A stretch of 64,000 nt of DNA from Patescibacteria group bacterium (GCA_023229115.1 JALNZW010000001.1:70861-134860); one strand, 5' to 3'. Counted from the first letter of the stretch, positions 55,022 to 63,696 are shown. A program made the numbers and translations. The notes: generated by a model not told the origin, from the letters alone.

Positions 55022-56542
55022 ATGTTTTTAAAATACTTTTGGCCAGTTATTTCTATTTCTTTTTCTTTAGGCTTGTGTCTGGCTAATATTTTTTTGGATT
55101 TTTCTAAAAGAGAAGAATTTTATTTTTTCTCTTTATTTTTATTATTTTTAATTTTATCCTTTTTCTTTTTTAAATTAAATAAAAATTCTTATTCCAATAA
55201 ACTTCCTTTATTTTTACTCTTTATTTCTTTTTTGTTTTTTGGTTTTTGGCGTTACTTAATTTCTTGGCCAGATTATAATGATAAGCATATTATTTATTAT
55301 GCCAAACAAACTAATCGATTAATTTGTTCAATTGAAAATATTGAACTGAAAAATGAACAACAGAAAATAAAAGCCCAAGTTTTAAAAATATTAAGCGACA
55401 AAGGAGAAACAAACGTCTCTGGTAAAATTTTAATTATTGGTGAAAAATTTCCTTTATATAGAGTGGGTGATATTTTAGAAGTAGAAGCTTTTTTGGAGAA
55501 AGGAAGTAAAATTGCTAATTTTGATTATAATCTTTACCTTAAAAGAAATAATATTTCTCTATTTTCTTCTTATCCAAAAATTAAAATAGTGGGAGAATTA
55601 AACAAACATTTTCTTTTTAAAAAACAAATTTTAGGGATTAAAAAATATTTAATAAGTGTTTTTGATTTTAATCTTTCTCTTGAATCAGCTTCCTTAGCCA
55701 AGGCTATTTTATTGGGCGATAAAAGTGATTTAAGTTATGAACAAAAAGATGTTTTTTCCAAATCGGGTCTGAGTCATTTGGTGGCTATTTCTGGTTTGCA
55801 TATTAGTTTGCTTTCAGGTTATTTTTTAAATTTATTATTATCCTTGGGGTGCTCTCGTCGAAAATCTTTTTATTTTATTAATATTTTTTTATTATTTTAT
55901 TTAAGTTTGATTGCTTGGCCGCCCTCTGCTTTTAGGGCTTATTTAATGGGCTCTTTGTCTCTTCTTTCTGTTTACTTAAACAGAAAGGGGAGCGTAGTTA
56001 ACGTTTTGTTTTTTTCGGCTTTTATTCTGTTAATAATTAACCCCTTTTTGTTATTAGCTGATTTGGGTTTTCAATTATCATTTTTGGCTGTTTTAGGTAT
56101 TATTTATATCTATCCCAGGTTTAAAGAATTTTTATTGAAAATTATTTTTAAATTTAAAATATTAAAATGCAAAAAAATTGTTGCCAATATTTTGGATATT
56201 TTTAGTCTCACCTTGTCGGTTCAATTAATAACAGCTCCAATTTTGATTAGGAGTTTTGAGCAGTTTTCTTTGGTAGCTCCTTTGTCTAATTTATTTGTTT
56301 TGTGGCTGATTCCTCTTATTATTATTTTTTTAATTTTAGGATTAATTTTATCTTTTTTATTTCCTTTTTTATCATCTCTTTTATTTATCCCAGCTGAAGT
56401 TTCTTTTGAGTATTTTAATTTTATTGCTGAGAAATCTTTATTAGTACCAAAGTCGTTTATCAATTTAGAAATTAACTCACCTTTATTTTTTTGTTTCTAT
56501 TATTTGTTGTTGTTTTATTTTATTTTTAAAACAAAAAAATAG
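55022..56542 (+). CDS. comEC: ComEC/Rec2 competence channel protein (no MBL domain evident)
   Basis: 506 aa. SKSGLSHLVAISGLHISLL competence-domain signature and an N-terminal OB-like region. No HxHxDH metallo-beta-lactamase motif seen. Confidence 0.85.
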   Translation: MFLKYFWPVISISFSLGLCLANIFLDFSKREEFYFFSLFLLFLILSFFFFKLNKNSYSNKLPLFLLFISFLFFGFWRYLISWPDYNDKHIIYYAKQTNRLICSIENIELKNEQQKIKAQVLKILSDKGETNVSGKILIIGEKFPLYRVGDILEVEAFLEKGSKIANFDYNLYLKRNNISLFSSYPKIKIVGELNKHFLFKKQILGIKKYLISVFDFNLSLESASLAKAILLGDKSDLSYEQKDVFSKSGLSHLVAISGLHISLLSGYFLNLLLSLGCSRRKSFYFINIFLLFYLSLIAWPPSAFRAYLMGSLSLLSVYLNRKGSVVNVLFFSAFILLIINPFLLLADLGFQLSFLAVLGIIYIYPRFKEFLLKIIFKFKILKCKKIVANILDIFSLTLSVQLITAPILIRSFEQFSLVAPLSNLFVLWLIPLIIIFLILGLILSFLFPFLSSLLFIPAEVSFEYFNFIAEKSLLVPKSFINLEINSPLFFCFYYLLLFYFIFKTKK

Positions 56543-56561
56543 GCTATTGGCCTATTTTTTT
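56533..56561. terminator. Bidirectional intrinsic terminator
   Basis: A-run, AATAGGC / GCCTATT stem, then T-run. Sits between convergent comEC and rpmB and overlaps the comEC stop. Confidence 0.55.
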
Positions 56562-56575
56562 ATTATCATCTTTAA

Positions 56576-56902
56576 TTATTTTTTTGTAGATTTTTTACTA
56601 GCTGATTTTTTAACTGTTTTTTTTACTTCTTTTTTCACTCCTTTTTTTACTTCTTTCTTTTCAGTTTTATTTTTGTTTTTAGCTTCAGCTTGTTTTAGTA
56701 AATTTTTTTGTTTTTTTTCTTCTTCAATTTTATCGTTTTTCTTCATGGTTCGAAGGCAGGTTGTACAAATTTTTGCCTTAATTCCCATGACATTTTTGTT
56801 TTGTAAATTAATTCCTTGTCTTTTTAAAGTTTTGATATTAGAGTGTGATCTGCTGGCGCCTTTAGTTGAGCTTCTTCCACAGATATCGCATTTCTTTCCC
56901 AT
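56576..56902 (-). CDS. rpmB: 50S ribosomal protein L28 with Lys-rich C-terminal extension
   Basis: 108 aa. MGKKCDICGRSSTKGASRSHSNIKTLKRQGINLQ matches the L28 core. The last 50 aa or so are KKE-rich. The overlapping + strand ORF is low-complexity Phe-rich. Confidence 0.85.
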   Translation of the reverse strand: MGKKCDICGRSSTKGASRSHSNIKTLKRQGINLQNKNVMGIKAKICTTCLRTMKKNDKIEEEKKQKNLLKQAEAKNKNKTEKKEVKKGVKKEVKKTVKKSASKKSTKK

Positions 56903-57093
56903 ATGATTTTCTTAAAATTTATAAATTTATATTATTCTTTTTCAAATATGTGCTAATTGTAGCATAAATTTAAAAATAATCAAGAGCGATTATTTAAACC
57001 AGTTATTTTAATCTAAAAAGTATTTGAATGTGGATTAATTGCCTTAAATCACTTACTTTGTTATAATTATAAAAAATAATTAAGAAAAAAAAC

Positions 57094-57780
57094 ATGTCTA
57101 TAACTATTTTATCGATAGCTATTTTAATATTTTCTATCATAGTTCATGAGGTTGCTCATGCTTGGATGGCTGATAAATTAGGTGATCCAACTGCCAGAAG
57201 TTTGGGGCGTTTAACTTTAAACCCTATACCTCATATAGATCTTTTTGGTTCAATTTTATTACCTTTATTTTTTGTGTTGTCGGGGTCTAATTTTTTATTA
57301 GCTTGGGCCAAACCGGTTCCTTATAACCCTTATTTAATAAGAGACAAGAAATTTGGTGATTTAAAAGTGGCGCTTGCTGGCCCAGGGTCAAATATTGTCA
57401 TGGCTATTTTTTTTGGCTTGGTGGCTCGTTTTATTCCTTTGGCTCAGGGCTTAAAAAGTTCTTTGGCTGTTTCTTATTTTTCAGGTGAGAATAATTTTAT
57501 TCTAAATAGTATTTCTGGTAATTTTTTGGCGGTGATTTTTGTGATGTCAATTATTTTTTGTTTTTTGAATTTACTCTTAGCCTTTTTTAACTTAATTCCA
57601 ATACCTCCTTTAGATGGTTCTAAGATAATTTCTAATTTTTTGCCAGAAAGAGCCAAGATGAAATTCTTTGTTTTGGAAAAATATGGAATTTTCATTCTTT
57701 TGATATTTTTATCCTTAGGTTTGTTTAGATTTTTGTTTTATCCCTTGATTTATTCTTTTTCTTTGATTGTTGGTGTTTAA
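57094..57780 (+). CDS. Site-2 protease family (M50) membrane metalloprotease
   Basis: 228 aa. HEVAHAW zinc motif and NLIPIPPLDGSK second motif. Multi-TM. Confidence 0.8.
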   Translation: MSITILSIAILIFSIIVHEVAHAWMADKLGDPTARSLGRLTLNPIPHIDLFGSILLPLFFVLSGSNFLLAWAKPVPYNPYLIRDKKFGDLKVALAGPGSNIVMAIFFGLVARFIPLAQGLKSSLAVSYFSGENNFILNSISGNFLAVIFVMSIIFCFLNLLLAFFNLIPIPPLDGSKIISNFLPERAKMKFFVLEKYGIFILLIFLSLGLFRFLFYPLIYSFSLIVGV

Positions 57781-57789
57781 TTTGAGTTT

Positions 57790-59778
57790 ATGTTTAAATA
57801 TTTTTCTAAAAATTACAAATTTAAAAAAGCCTTCACCCTCATCGAACTCCTAGTGGTAATCGCTATTATTGGAATACTGGCTACTCTAGCAGTTGTCGCC
57901 TTACAACAAGCTCGCTCTCGTGCTCGTGATAGTAAAAGAATAGCTGATATAAAACAAGCTCAAACAGCCCTAGAATTATTCTTTAATGAACAGGGAAGAT
58001 ATCCTACCGAAGAAGAATGGTTAAGTGGTTCTCTCATTACTTCCAGTGGCCAAGTACTTATGTATAATATTCCTTCTGCTCCTTATCCAGCTGATGGAGT
58101 ATGTGATGCCAGTCAAAATAACTTCTACTATCAAGTAAGCGAAGATAATTCTACCTACACTTTATCATTTTGTCTAGGAAATGATGTCTCTAATCTTTCT
58201 AAAGGTTTAAAATGTGCTACTCCTGGAGGCATACTTAATTATAGCTGCTTGGGAGATAATAGTGGTGGTGATAATAATGGTGGTGGTGATAATAATGGTG
58301 GAGGTGATAATAATGGCGGAGATGAAGGTGGTGGAGATGATAATAATGAAAATCCTAATCCTAATATTTGCCACCCCGATTGTCAACCTGGTTATATTTG
58401 CAATAATGAATCTGTTTGCGTTATAGATTTTGAAAATAATGGTCAAAATCTTATACATAATTGTGGAAATGAATCAAGTGTTGCTCCGGGGACTGTTTGT
58501 GGTGGTGGAATAGTTGTCTATAATGGAACTGATATTTATTCTGGGGGAAGCATTATTTTAATCGCAGCTGCTAAGAATGCTTGGTATTCCTGGAACAACA
58601 ATAGTACAGATGATCCAACGTCTCCCTGGGGTTGTAGTTCTAAATTGATAGGAGGTACTAGTCAGGAGATTGGCGCTGGAAAAAGTAATACCGCCTTAAT
58701 TGTGTCTAATTGTACTGACTCAGGGGCTGCCAAAAAAGCTGATGAATATACTGATGGTTTTTATACTGATTGGTTTTTAGCTTCTTCTAAAGAAGCTTTA
58801 GAGTTTAGAAAATATATGAATCAAGTTTCATACGTTAGAAATTCTTTCTGGACATCATTTGAATTCTCAAGTGATGGTGCTCATAATTTAAGAATGGATA
58901 ATATTTCTCTTTCTAATCATTCAAAAAATAATCAAAATAATTTTAGGCCAATTAGAATGATTAAGTATGACAAAGGGGTTCCAGTAATAAAAACAAAATC
59001 CTTCAGCAATGTAACTGGTAACACAGTCATAGTTAACGCAGAAATAGAAAGTGAAGGGGCTTCTAGTGTTACTGAAAGAGGTTTTGTTTGGAGCGTTAAT
59101 TATAATCCAACAATAAATGATAGCAAGTTAGTTATTAATTCTGGCTCTAGTCAGTTCTCTGGAGAGATAACTGGTCTTAACTCTATTACAAAATACCACG
59201 TTAGAGCTTATGCAATTAACAGTATGGGTCTTTCTTATGGGGAAAATATTTCTTTTACAACCGTTTACTCGGAGTGTTTACCGGGCGCTTCTTTGGGAAG
59301 TATTTGTGGTGGTGGAATAGTTGTCTATAATGGAACTGATATTTATTCTGGGGGAAGCATTATTTTAATCGCAGCTGCTAAGAATGCTTGGTATTCCTGG
59401 AACAACAATAGTACAGATGATCCAACGTCTCCCTGGGGTTGTAGTTCTAAATTGATAGGAGGTACTAGTCAGGAGATTGGCGCTGGAAAAAGTAATACCG
59501 CCTTAATTGTGTCTAATTGTACTGACTCAGGGGCTGCCAAAAAAGCTGATGAATATACTGATGGTTTTTATACTGATTGGTTTTTAGCTTCTTCTAAAGA
59601 AGCTTTAGAGTTTAGAAAATATATGAATCAAGTTTCATACGTTAGAAATTCTTTCTGGACATCATTTGAATTCTCAAGTGATGGTGCTCATAATTTAAGA
59701 ATGGATAATATTTCTCTTTCTAATCATTCAAAAAATAATCAAAATAATTTTAGGCCAATTAGATCTGTTAAATATTAA
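57790..59778 (+). CDS. Type IV pilin-like protein with GGDNN linker, two identical DUF1566-like domains and a central Fn3-like domain
   Basis: 662 aa. ..[25 protein letters not shown]1566-type pattern CGGGIVVY...[11 protein letters not shown]...AAKKADEY...[11 protein letters not shown], twice. The middle domain has ERGFVWS...[25 protein letters not shown]. Confidence 0.8.
   Translation: MFKYFSKNYKFKKAFTLIELLVVIAIIGILATLAVVALQQARSRARDSKRIADIKQAQTALELFFNEQGRYPTEEEWLSGSLITSSGQVLMYNIPSAPYPADGVCDASQNNFYYQVSEDNSTYTLSFCLGNDVSNLSKGLKCATPGGILNYSCLGDNSGGDNNGGGDNNGGGDNNGGDEGGGDDNNENPNPNICHPDCQPGYICNNESVCVIDFENNGQNLIHNCGNESSVAPGTVCGGGIVVYNGTDIYSGGSIILIAAAKNAWYSWNNNSTDDPTSPWGCSSKLIGGTSQEIGAGKSNTALIVSNCTDSGAAKKADEYTDGFYTDWFLASSKEALEFRKYMNQVSYVRNSFWTSFEFSSDGAHNLRMDNISLSNHSKNNQNNFRPIRMIKYDKGVPVIKTKSFSNVTGNTVIVNAEIESEGASSVTERGFVWSVNYNPTINDSKLVINSGSSQFSGEITGLNSITKYHVRAYAINSMGLSYGENISFTTVYSECLPGASLGSICGGGIVVYNGTDIYSGGSIILIAAAKNAWYSWNNNSTDDPTSPWGCSSKLIGGTSQEIGAGKSNTALIVSNCTDSGAAKKADEYTDGFYTDWFLASSKEALEFRKYMNQVSYVRNSFWTSFEFSSDGAHNLRMDNISLSNHSKNNQNNFRPIRSVKY
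58264..58350. repeat. Imperfect 15/18-bp tandem repeat (GGTGGTGGTGATAATAAT-like)
   Basis: Encodes [28 protein letters not shown]. It also generates spurious ORFs on both strands. Confidence 0.7.
58496..58956. repeat. Direct repeat copy 1 (461 bp)
   Basis: Line-by-line comparison shows no difference from 59303-59763. Confidence 0.9.
59303..59763. repeat. Direct repeat copy 2 (461 bp)
   Basis: Matches 58496-58956 with no difference found. The offset is 807 bp (269 codons, in frame). Confidence 0.9.
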
Positions 59779-59819
59779 TACAAATATTAATAGGCTTTGG
59801 GATTTTAAAAAAATAGCTC

Positions 59820-59848
59820 TTGACAATAATAACAATTATCTATATAAT
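59820..59848 (+). promoter_or_regulatory. sigma70-type promoter
   Basis: TTGACA (59820-59825), 17-nt spacer, TATAAT (59843-59848). Upstream of infA. Confidence 0.5.
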
Positions 59849-59953
59849 TTTATTATAGAAAATATTTTTAGAAATATTTGCTTTTTGTATTTTGTAAAAC
59901 TGTTATAAATTGCTTATTTTTATTGAGTAATTTATATCGTTTTTATTTTTTTG

Positions 59954-60193
59954 ATGGATAAAAAAGAGAATCAAGTAATCGATTCAAAAGATTTTATTGA
60001 ATTAAAGGGTGAAGTTACCGAACTTATGCCGGCTGCAACTTTTAAAGTTCAGTTGGAAAATGGTCATGAAATAATGGCTCATTTGTCGGGTAAAATGAGG
60101 ATGTATAAAATTCGTCTTCTTCCTGGAGATAAGGTTAAGGTTCAAATGAGTCCTTATGACCTAACCAAGGGAAGAATAGTTTTCCGTCTTTAA
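59954..60193 (+). CDS. infA: Translation initiation factor IF-1
   Basis: Track start is TTG 59951; the ATG is at 59954. [47 protein letters not shown] is canonical IF-1. Confidence 0.95.
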   Translation: MDKKENQVIDSKDFIELKGEVTELMPAATFKVQLENGHEIMAHLSGKMRMYKIRLLPGDKVKVQMSPYDLTKGRIVFRL

Positions 60194-60294
60194 TTCTTTT
60201 TAATAGTTTATAAATTAAAAACTGACATTTGTTGTAAGATTTTTATTTTGCGATTTTTCCAATAAAAATTTATAATGTTTAGTTAATATCAAAT

Positions 60295-60408
60295 ATGAAA
60301 GTTAGAGCCAGTGCTAAAAAAATATGTAAAGATTGTAAGATAGTTCGTCGCAAGGGGCGAGTTTATGTTATTTGTAAAAACCCTAAGCACAAACAGCGTC
60401 AAGGTTAA
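60295..60408 (+). CDS. rpmJ: 50S ribosomal protein L36
   Basis: Below the track threshold. My translation is [37 protein letters not shown]. Confidence 0.9.
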   Translation: MKVRASAKKICKDCKIVRRKGRVYVICKNPKHKQRQG

Positions 60409-60436
60409 TTAATTTTTTAAATAAATAAAAAAATTT

Positions 60437-60832
60437 ATGGCAGTAAGAATATCAGGCATTACAATACCAAACGATAAAAGAGTAGAGGTTGCTTTAACCT
60501 ATATATTTGGTATTGGTCCTAAATTTTCTAAAGATATTTTAGAAATGGCTAAAGTTAATAAAGACACTAGGGTTAAAGATTTGAAAGAATCAGAGGTTAA
60601 TACTTTAAGAGAAATAATTGAAAAGAAGTTTTTAACAGAAGGTGACTTACGTCGTGAGGTTGCTAGTAACATAAAAAGAGTTAAAGAAATTGGGGCTAGA
60701 AGAGGTGTTTGTCATACTAAGAGATTACCGGTAAAGGGACAAAGAACAAAAACTAACAGCAGAACAGTTAGGGGTAATAAAAGGCTTACTATGAGCTCTG
60801 GTAAAAGCAAGGCTGCTGCTCAAAAGACCTAA
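60437..60832 (+). CDS. rpsM: 30S ribosomal protein S13
   Basis: 131 aa. [27 protein letters not shown]. Confidence 0.95.
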   Translation: MAVRISGITIPNDKRVEVALTYIFGIGPKFSKDILEMAKVNKDTRVKDLKESEVNTLREIIEKKFLTEGDLRREVASNIKRVKEIGARRGVCHTKRLPVKGQRTKTNSRTVRGNKRLTMSSGKSKAAAQKT

Positions 60833-60860
60833 TAATATTAATAAGATAAAATAACAAAAT

Positions 60861-61469
60861 ATGTCAGAAGAAAAAAAAGACAAAAAAATAGAGGAAACAA
60901 ATAAAAAGGAAAACGTTGCAGTTAACGAAGATGAGTTAAGTGACGATTTTTCTGTTGGTGATTTAGATGATGATTTGTTTTCTGATGGACCCTCTAACCC
61001 TAACGAAAAAGATGAAACAGAAGATTTGCCTGAGGAGATAAAGCAAAAGCTAGAAAAAAACAAACAGGCTAGAAGTAAAAAGAAAATAATAAAAAAGAAA
61101 AAGAAAAAAGAGAATGTTAAGGTTAAATCTGGTCACGCTTATATTAGCGCTACTTATAACAATACAATCCTTTCTTTAACTGATAAAAATGGCAATGTTA
61201 TTTCTTGGGCTAGTGCTGGCATGGCTGGTTTTAGGGGTGCTAAGAAAGCTACTCCTTATGCTTCTCAAATTATAACTAAAATAGCTGTTATGAAGGCTAA
61301 GGAAGAGTTTGGCCTAGAAAGTGTTAAGGTTTTTGCATCTGGAGTCGGCACTGGCCGTGAAGGAGCTATTAGAGCTCTTAATGCCAATGGTTTGGAAATT
61401 GAATCAATAAAAGATACAACTTCAGTTCCACATAATGGTTGTAGACCAAAAAAACCTCGAAGAGTATAA
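60861..61469 (+). CDS. rpsK: 30S ribosomal protein S11 with long charged N-terminal extension
   Basis: 202 aa. The S11 core starts near SGHAYISATYNNTILSLTD. The preceding 85 aa or so are acidic and then Lys-rich. Confidence 0.9.
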   Translation: MSEEKKDKKIEETNKKENVAVNEDELSDDFSVGDLDDDLFSDGPSNPNEKDETEDLPEEIKQKLEKNKQARSKKKIIKKKKKKENVKVKSGHAYISATYNNTILSLTDKNGNVISWASAGMAGFRGAKKATPYASQIITKIAVMKAKEEFGLESVKVFASGVGTGREGAIRALNANGLEIESIKDTTSVPHNGCRPKKPRRV

Positions 61470-61489
61470 ATATTTAATTATTATATAAT

Positions 61490-62125
61490 ATGGGAAAAAA
61501 TTTAGATGCAAAATGTAAGCAATGCCGAAGGATAGGAGAAAAACTTTTACTTAAAGGTGAGAGATGTTCTTCTGCTAAATGTGCTATGGTGAAGAGAAAT
61601 TATCCACCAGGCTTTCATGGCCCAAAAGGAAAAAAGAGGTTAACTGATTACGGTTTACAATTAATCGAAAAACAAAAGGCTAGAAGATACTATGGTCTAA
61701 CTGAAGGTCAGTTTAAAATATCTTTTGACAAAGTTCAAAGAAAAGGAGGTGACGTTGGAATTAATTTCTTAAAATTTTTAGAAATGAGATTAGATAATGT
61801 TATTTATAGATCAGGGATTGCTTCTTCTAGAACTTTGGCTAGACAATTAGTTAATCATGGTCATTTTAAAATCAATGATCGTAAGGTTAATATTCCTTCC
61901 TATCAAGTTAAAGTTGGTCAAGTTATAAAAATCAAAAAAAGCTCTCTTAATAATAAATATTTTAAAATGTTGCCAGAAAAATTAAAGAGCTTGGCTTCAG
62001 AACAAAAAAGTTGGTTGGGAACAGATGCTAAAGAGTTATCTGTTAAGGTTTTACACGAACCAAGAATTCAAGACTTGCCTTTAAATATCAAAACTCACAT
62101 GATTATTGAGTATTACTCAAAATAA
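61490..62125 (+). CDS. rpsD: 30S ribosomal protein S4
   Basis: 211 aa. CKQCRRIGEKLLLKGERC and the S4 domain LDNVIYRSGIASSRTLARQLVNHGHFKINDRKVNIPSY. Confidence 0.95.
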   Translation: MGKNLDAKCKQCRRIGEKLLLKGERCSSAKCAMVKRNYPPGFHGPKGKKRLTDYGLQLIEKQKARRYYGLTEGQFKISFDKVQRKGGDVGINFLKFLEMRLDNVIYRSGIASSRTLARQLVNHGHFKINDRKVNIPSYQVKVGQVIKIKKSSLNNKYFKMLPEKLKSLASEQKSWLGTDAKELSVKVLHEPRIQDLPLNIKTHMIIEYYSK

Positions 62126-62152
62126 TATATTAAAATAATTCACTCTACTTAT

Positions 62153-62938
62153 ATGGAAAAAATAGCCTTAGCTAAAAAAATAGAATTTAATCAAGATCCT
62201 AAATCTAATGATGGTTCAGTTATAATAGAACCTCTTCATCCTGGTTATGGAATGACTTTGGGTACTTCTTTAAGAAGGGTTTTGCTTTCCTCTCTTTCTG
62301 GGGCTGCTGTTGTAGGGGTTAAAATAAAAGGAGTAAAACATGAGTTTATGTCTCTTGCTGGTGTAAAAGAGGATGTTATTGATATAATTTTAAATTTAAA
62401 ACAATTAAGGTTGAAAATTTTTTCTGAAAGTGAAGAGCCAATAAAATTAGAAATTAATGTTAAGGGCAAAAAACAAGTAACAGCTGCTGATATTGAAAAA
62501 AATAGTCAAGTAGAAATAATTAGCAAAGATTTGGTTTTAGCTAATACAACTGAAGCTACTTCTAATTTAAACATGGAGATTTATGTTGCTAAAGGAAAAG
62601 GTTATTCTTTGGTAGAGAAGAATAAAAAAGAAGGTAAAGAAATTGATTATATTGAAATTGATTCTATTTTTTCACCAATTTTGTCTGTTAGTGCTAAGGT
62701 AGAAAATGTTCGTGTTGGTAAAATGACTAACTGGGACAAATTAATACTTGAAGTAGGAACAGATGGAACTTTAAGTGTCAAGGAAGCTTTTGAAAAATCA
62801 GTTAATATTTTAATAGAGCAATTTAAGTCCTTAGTAACTCTGACTGATGATAACAAAGATTTGAAAACTAAAAAGATTGAAGAGGAAAAAGAGGAAAAGG
62901 TTGAAAAAAAGACAAAAACCAAAAAAGAAAAAAAATAA
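62153..62938 (+). CDS. rpoA: DNA-directed RNA polymerase alpha subunit, N-terminal domain only plus K/E-rich tail
   Basis: 261 aa. IEPLHPGYGMTLGTSLRRVLLSSLSGAAVVGVKIKGVKHEF is alpha-NTD. The sequence ends in ..DDNKDLKTKKIEEEKEEKVEKKTKTKKEKK with no alpha-CTD. Confidence 0.85.
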   Translation: MEKIALAKKIEFNQDPKSNDGSVIIEPLHPGYGMTLGTSLRRVLLSSLSGAAVVGVKIKGVKHEFMSLAGVKEDVIDIILNLKQLRLKIFSESEEPIKLEINVKGKKQVTAADIEKNSQVEIISKDLVLANTTEATSNLNMEIYVAKGKGYSLVEKNKKEGKEIDYIEIDSIFSPILSVSAKVENVRVGKMTNWDKLILEVGTDGTLSVKEAFEKSVNILIEQFKSLVTLTDDNKDLKTKKIEEEKEEKVEKKTKTKKEKK

Positions 62939-62959
62939 TAAATAAAATAATATTTTTAT

Positions 62960-63310
62960 ATGAGACACAGAAATAAAGTTAAGACTTTAGACAGAACAAA
63001 GGAAGCTCGAGAATTGATGCTTAGAAATTTAGTTTCAAGTATTATTATTCACGAAAAAGTTAAGACAACTAAGGCTAAGGCTAAAGTTGCTAAGTCAGCT
63101 GTCGAAAAAACTATTAGTATTGCTAAAAAAGGTGATTTAACCGCCAGAAGAGCCTTACTTAAGACATTAGTTCAACCTAAAGCTGTTGAAAAAGCTATTA
63201 CTGTTTTAAGTGAAAAATATAAAGAGAAAAATGGTGGTTATGTTAGAGTTATTAAACTTGGTAATCGTCAGGGTGATGGAGCTGAAATGGTTCAAATTGA
63301 ATTAGTATAA
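62960..63310 (+). CDS. rplQ: 50S ribosomal protein L17
   Basis: 116 aa. MRHRNKVKTLDRTKEARELMLRNLVSSIIIHEKVKTT. Confidence 0.95.
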   Translation: MRHRNKVKTLDRTKEARELMLRNLVSSIIIHEKVKTTKAKAKVAKSAVEKTISIAKKGDLTARRALLKTLVQPKAVEKAITVLSEKYKEKNGGYVRVIKLGNRQGDGAEMVQIELV

Positions 63311-63329
63311 TTAATTTAAGACTATAAAT

Positions 63330-63686
63330 ATGAAAAATATTGAAAGAAAGCTACACAAAATAGACGCTGAGGGTAAAACCATCGGAAGATTAGCTACTAG
63401 CATTGCTACTATTTTGAGAGGAAAAAATAAACCAGAATTTGAACCTCATTTGGATTTAGGTGATGTGGTTGAAGTTTCTAATATTGAAAAGGTAAAATTT
63501 ACTGGTAAAAAAATTGATCAAAAAAAATATTTTAGTTATTCTGGTTATCGTGGTGGTTTAAAAGAGAAGAAGATGAAGGATGTTTTCGATTCTAAGCCAG
63601 CTGAGGTTTTGAAAAAAGCTGTTAGAGAAATGTTAGCTCCAACTAAAATGAGAAATGATTTATTAAAGAGATTAATTATTAGATAA
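63330..63686 (+). CDS. rplM: 50S ribosomal protein L13 (short form)
   Basis: 118 aa. IDAEGKTIGRLATSIATILRGKNKPEFEPHLDLGD. Lacks the C-terminal 20 aa or so found in E. coli L13. Confidence 0.9.
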   Translation: MKNIERKLHKIDAEGKTIGRLATSIATILRGKNKPEFEPHLDLGDVVEVSNIEKVKFTGKKIDQKKYFSYSGYRGGLKEKKMKDVFDSKPAEVLKKAVREMLAPTKMRNDLLKRLIIR

Positions 63687-63696
63687 TATTTATAAT

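Noticed and set aside
56547-56906. 119-aa + strand ORF, Phe-rich.
   Set aside because: It is the antisense shadow of rpmB (L28) and its Lys-rich tail: AAA/AAG codons read as TTT/CTT on the other strand. The minus-strand product has a clear L28 signature.
58207-58458. Two overlapping ORFs (83 aa on the minus strand, 70 aa on the plus strand) made of I/V/T runs.
   Set aside because: Both are artefacts of the GGTGATAATAAT tandem repeat inside the pilin gene. The pilin frame is the only one with domain content.
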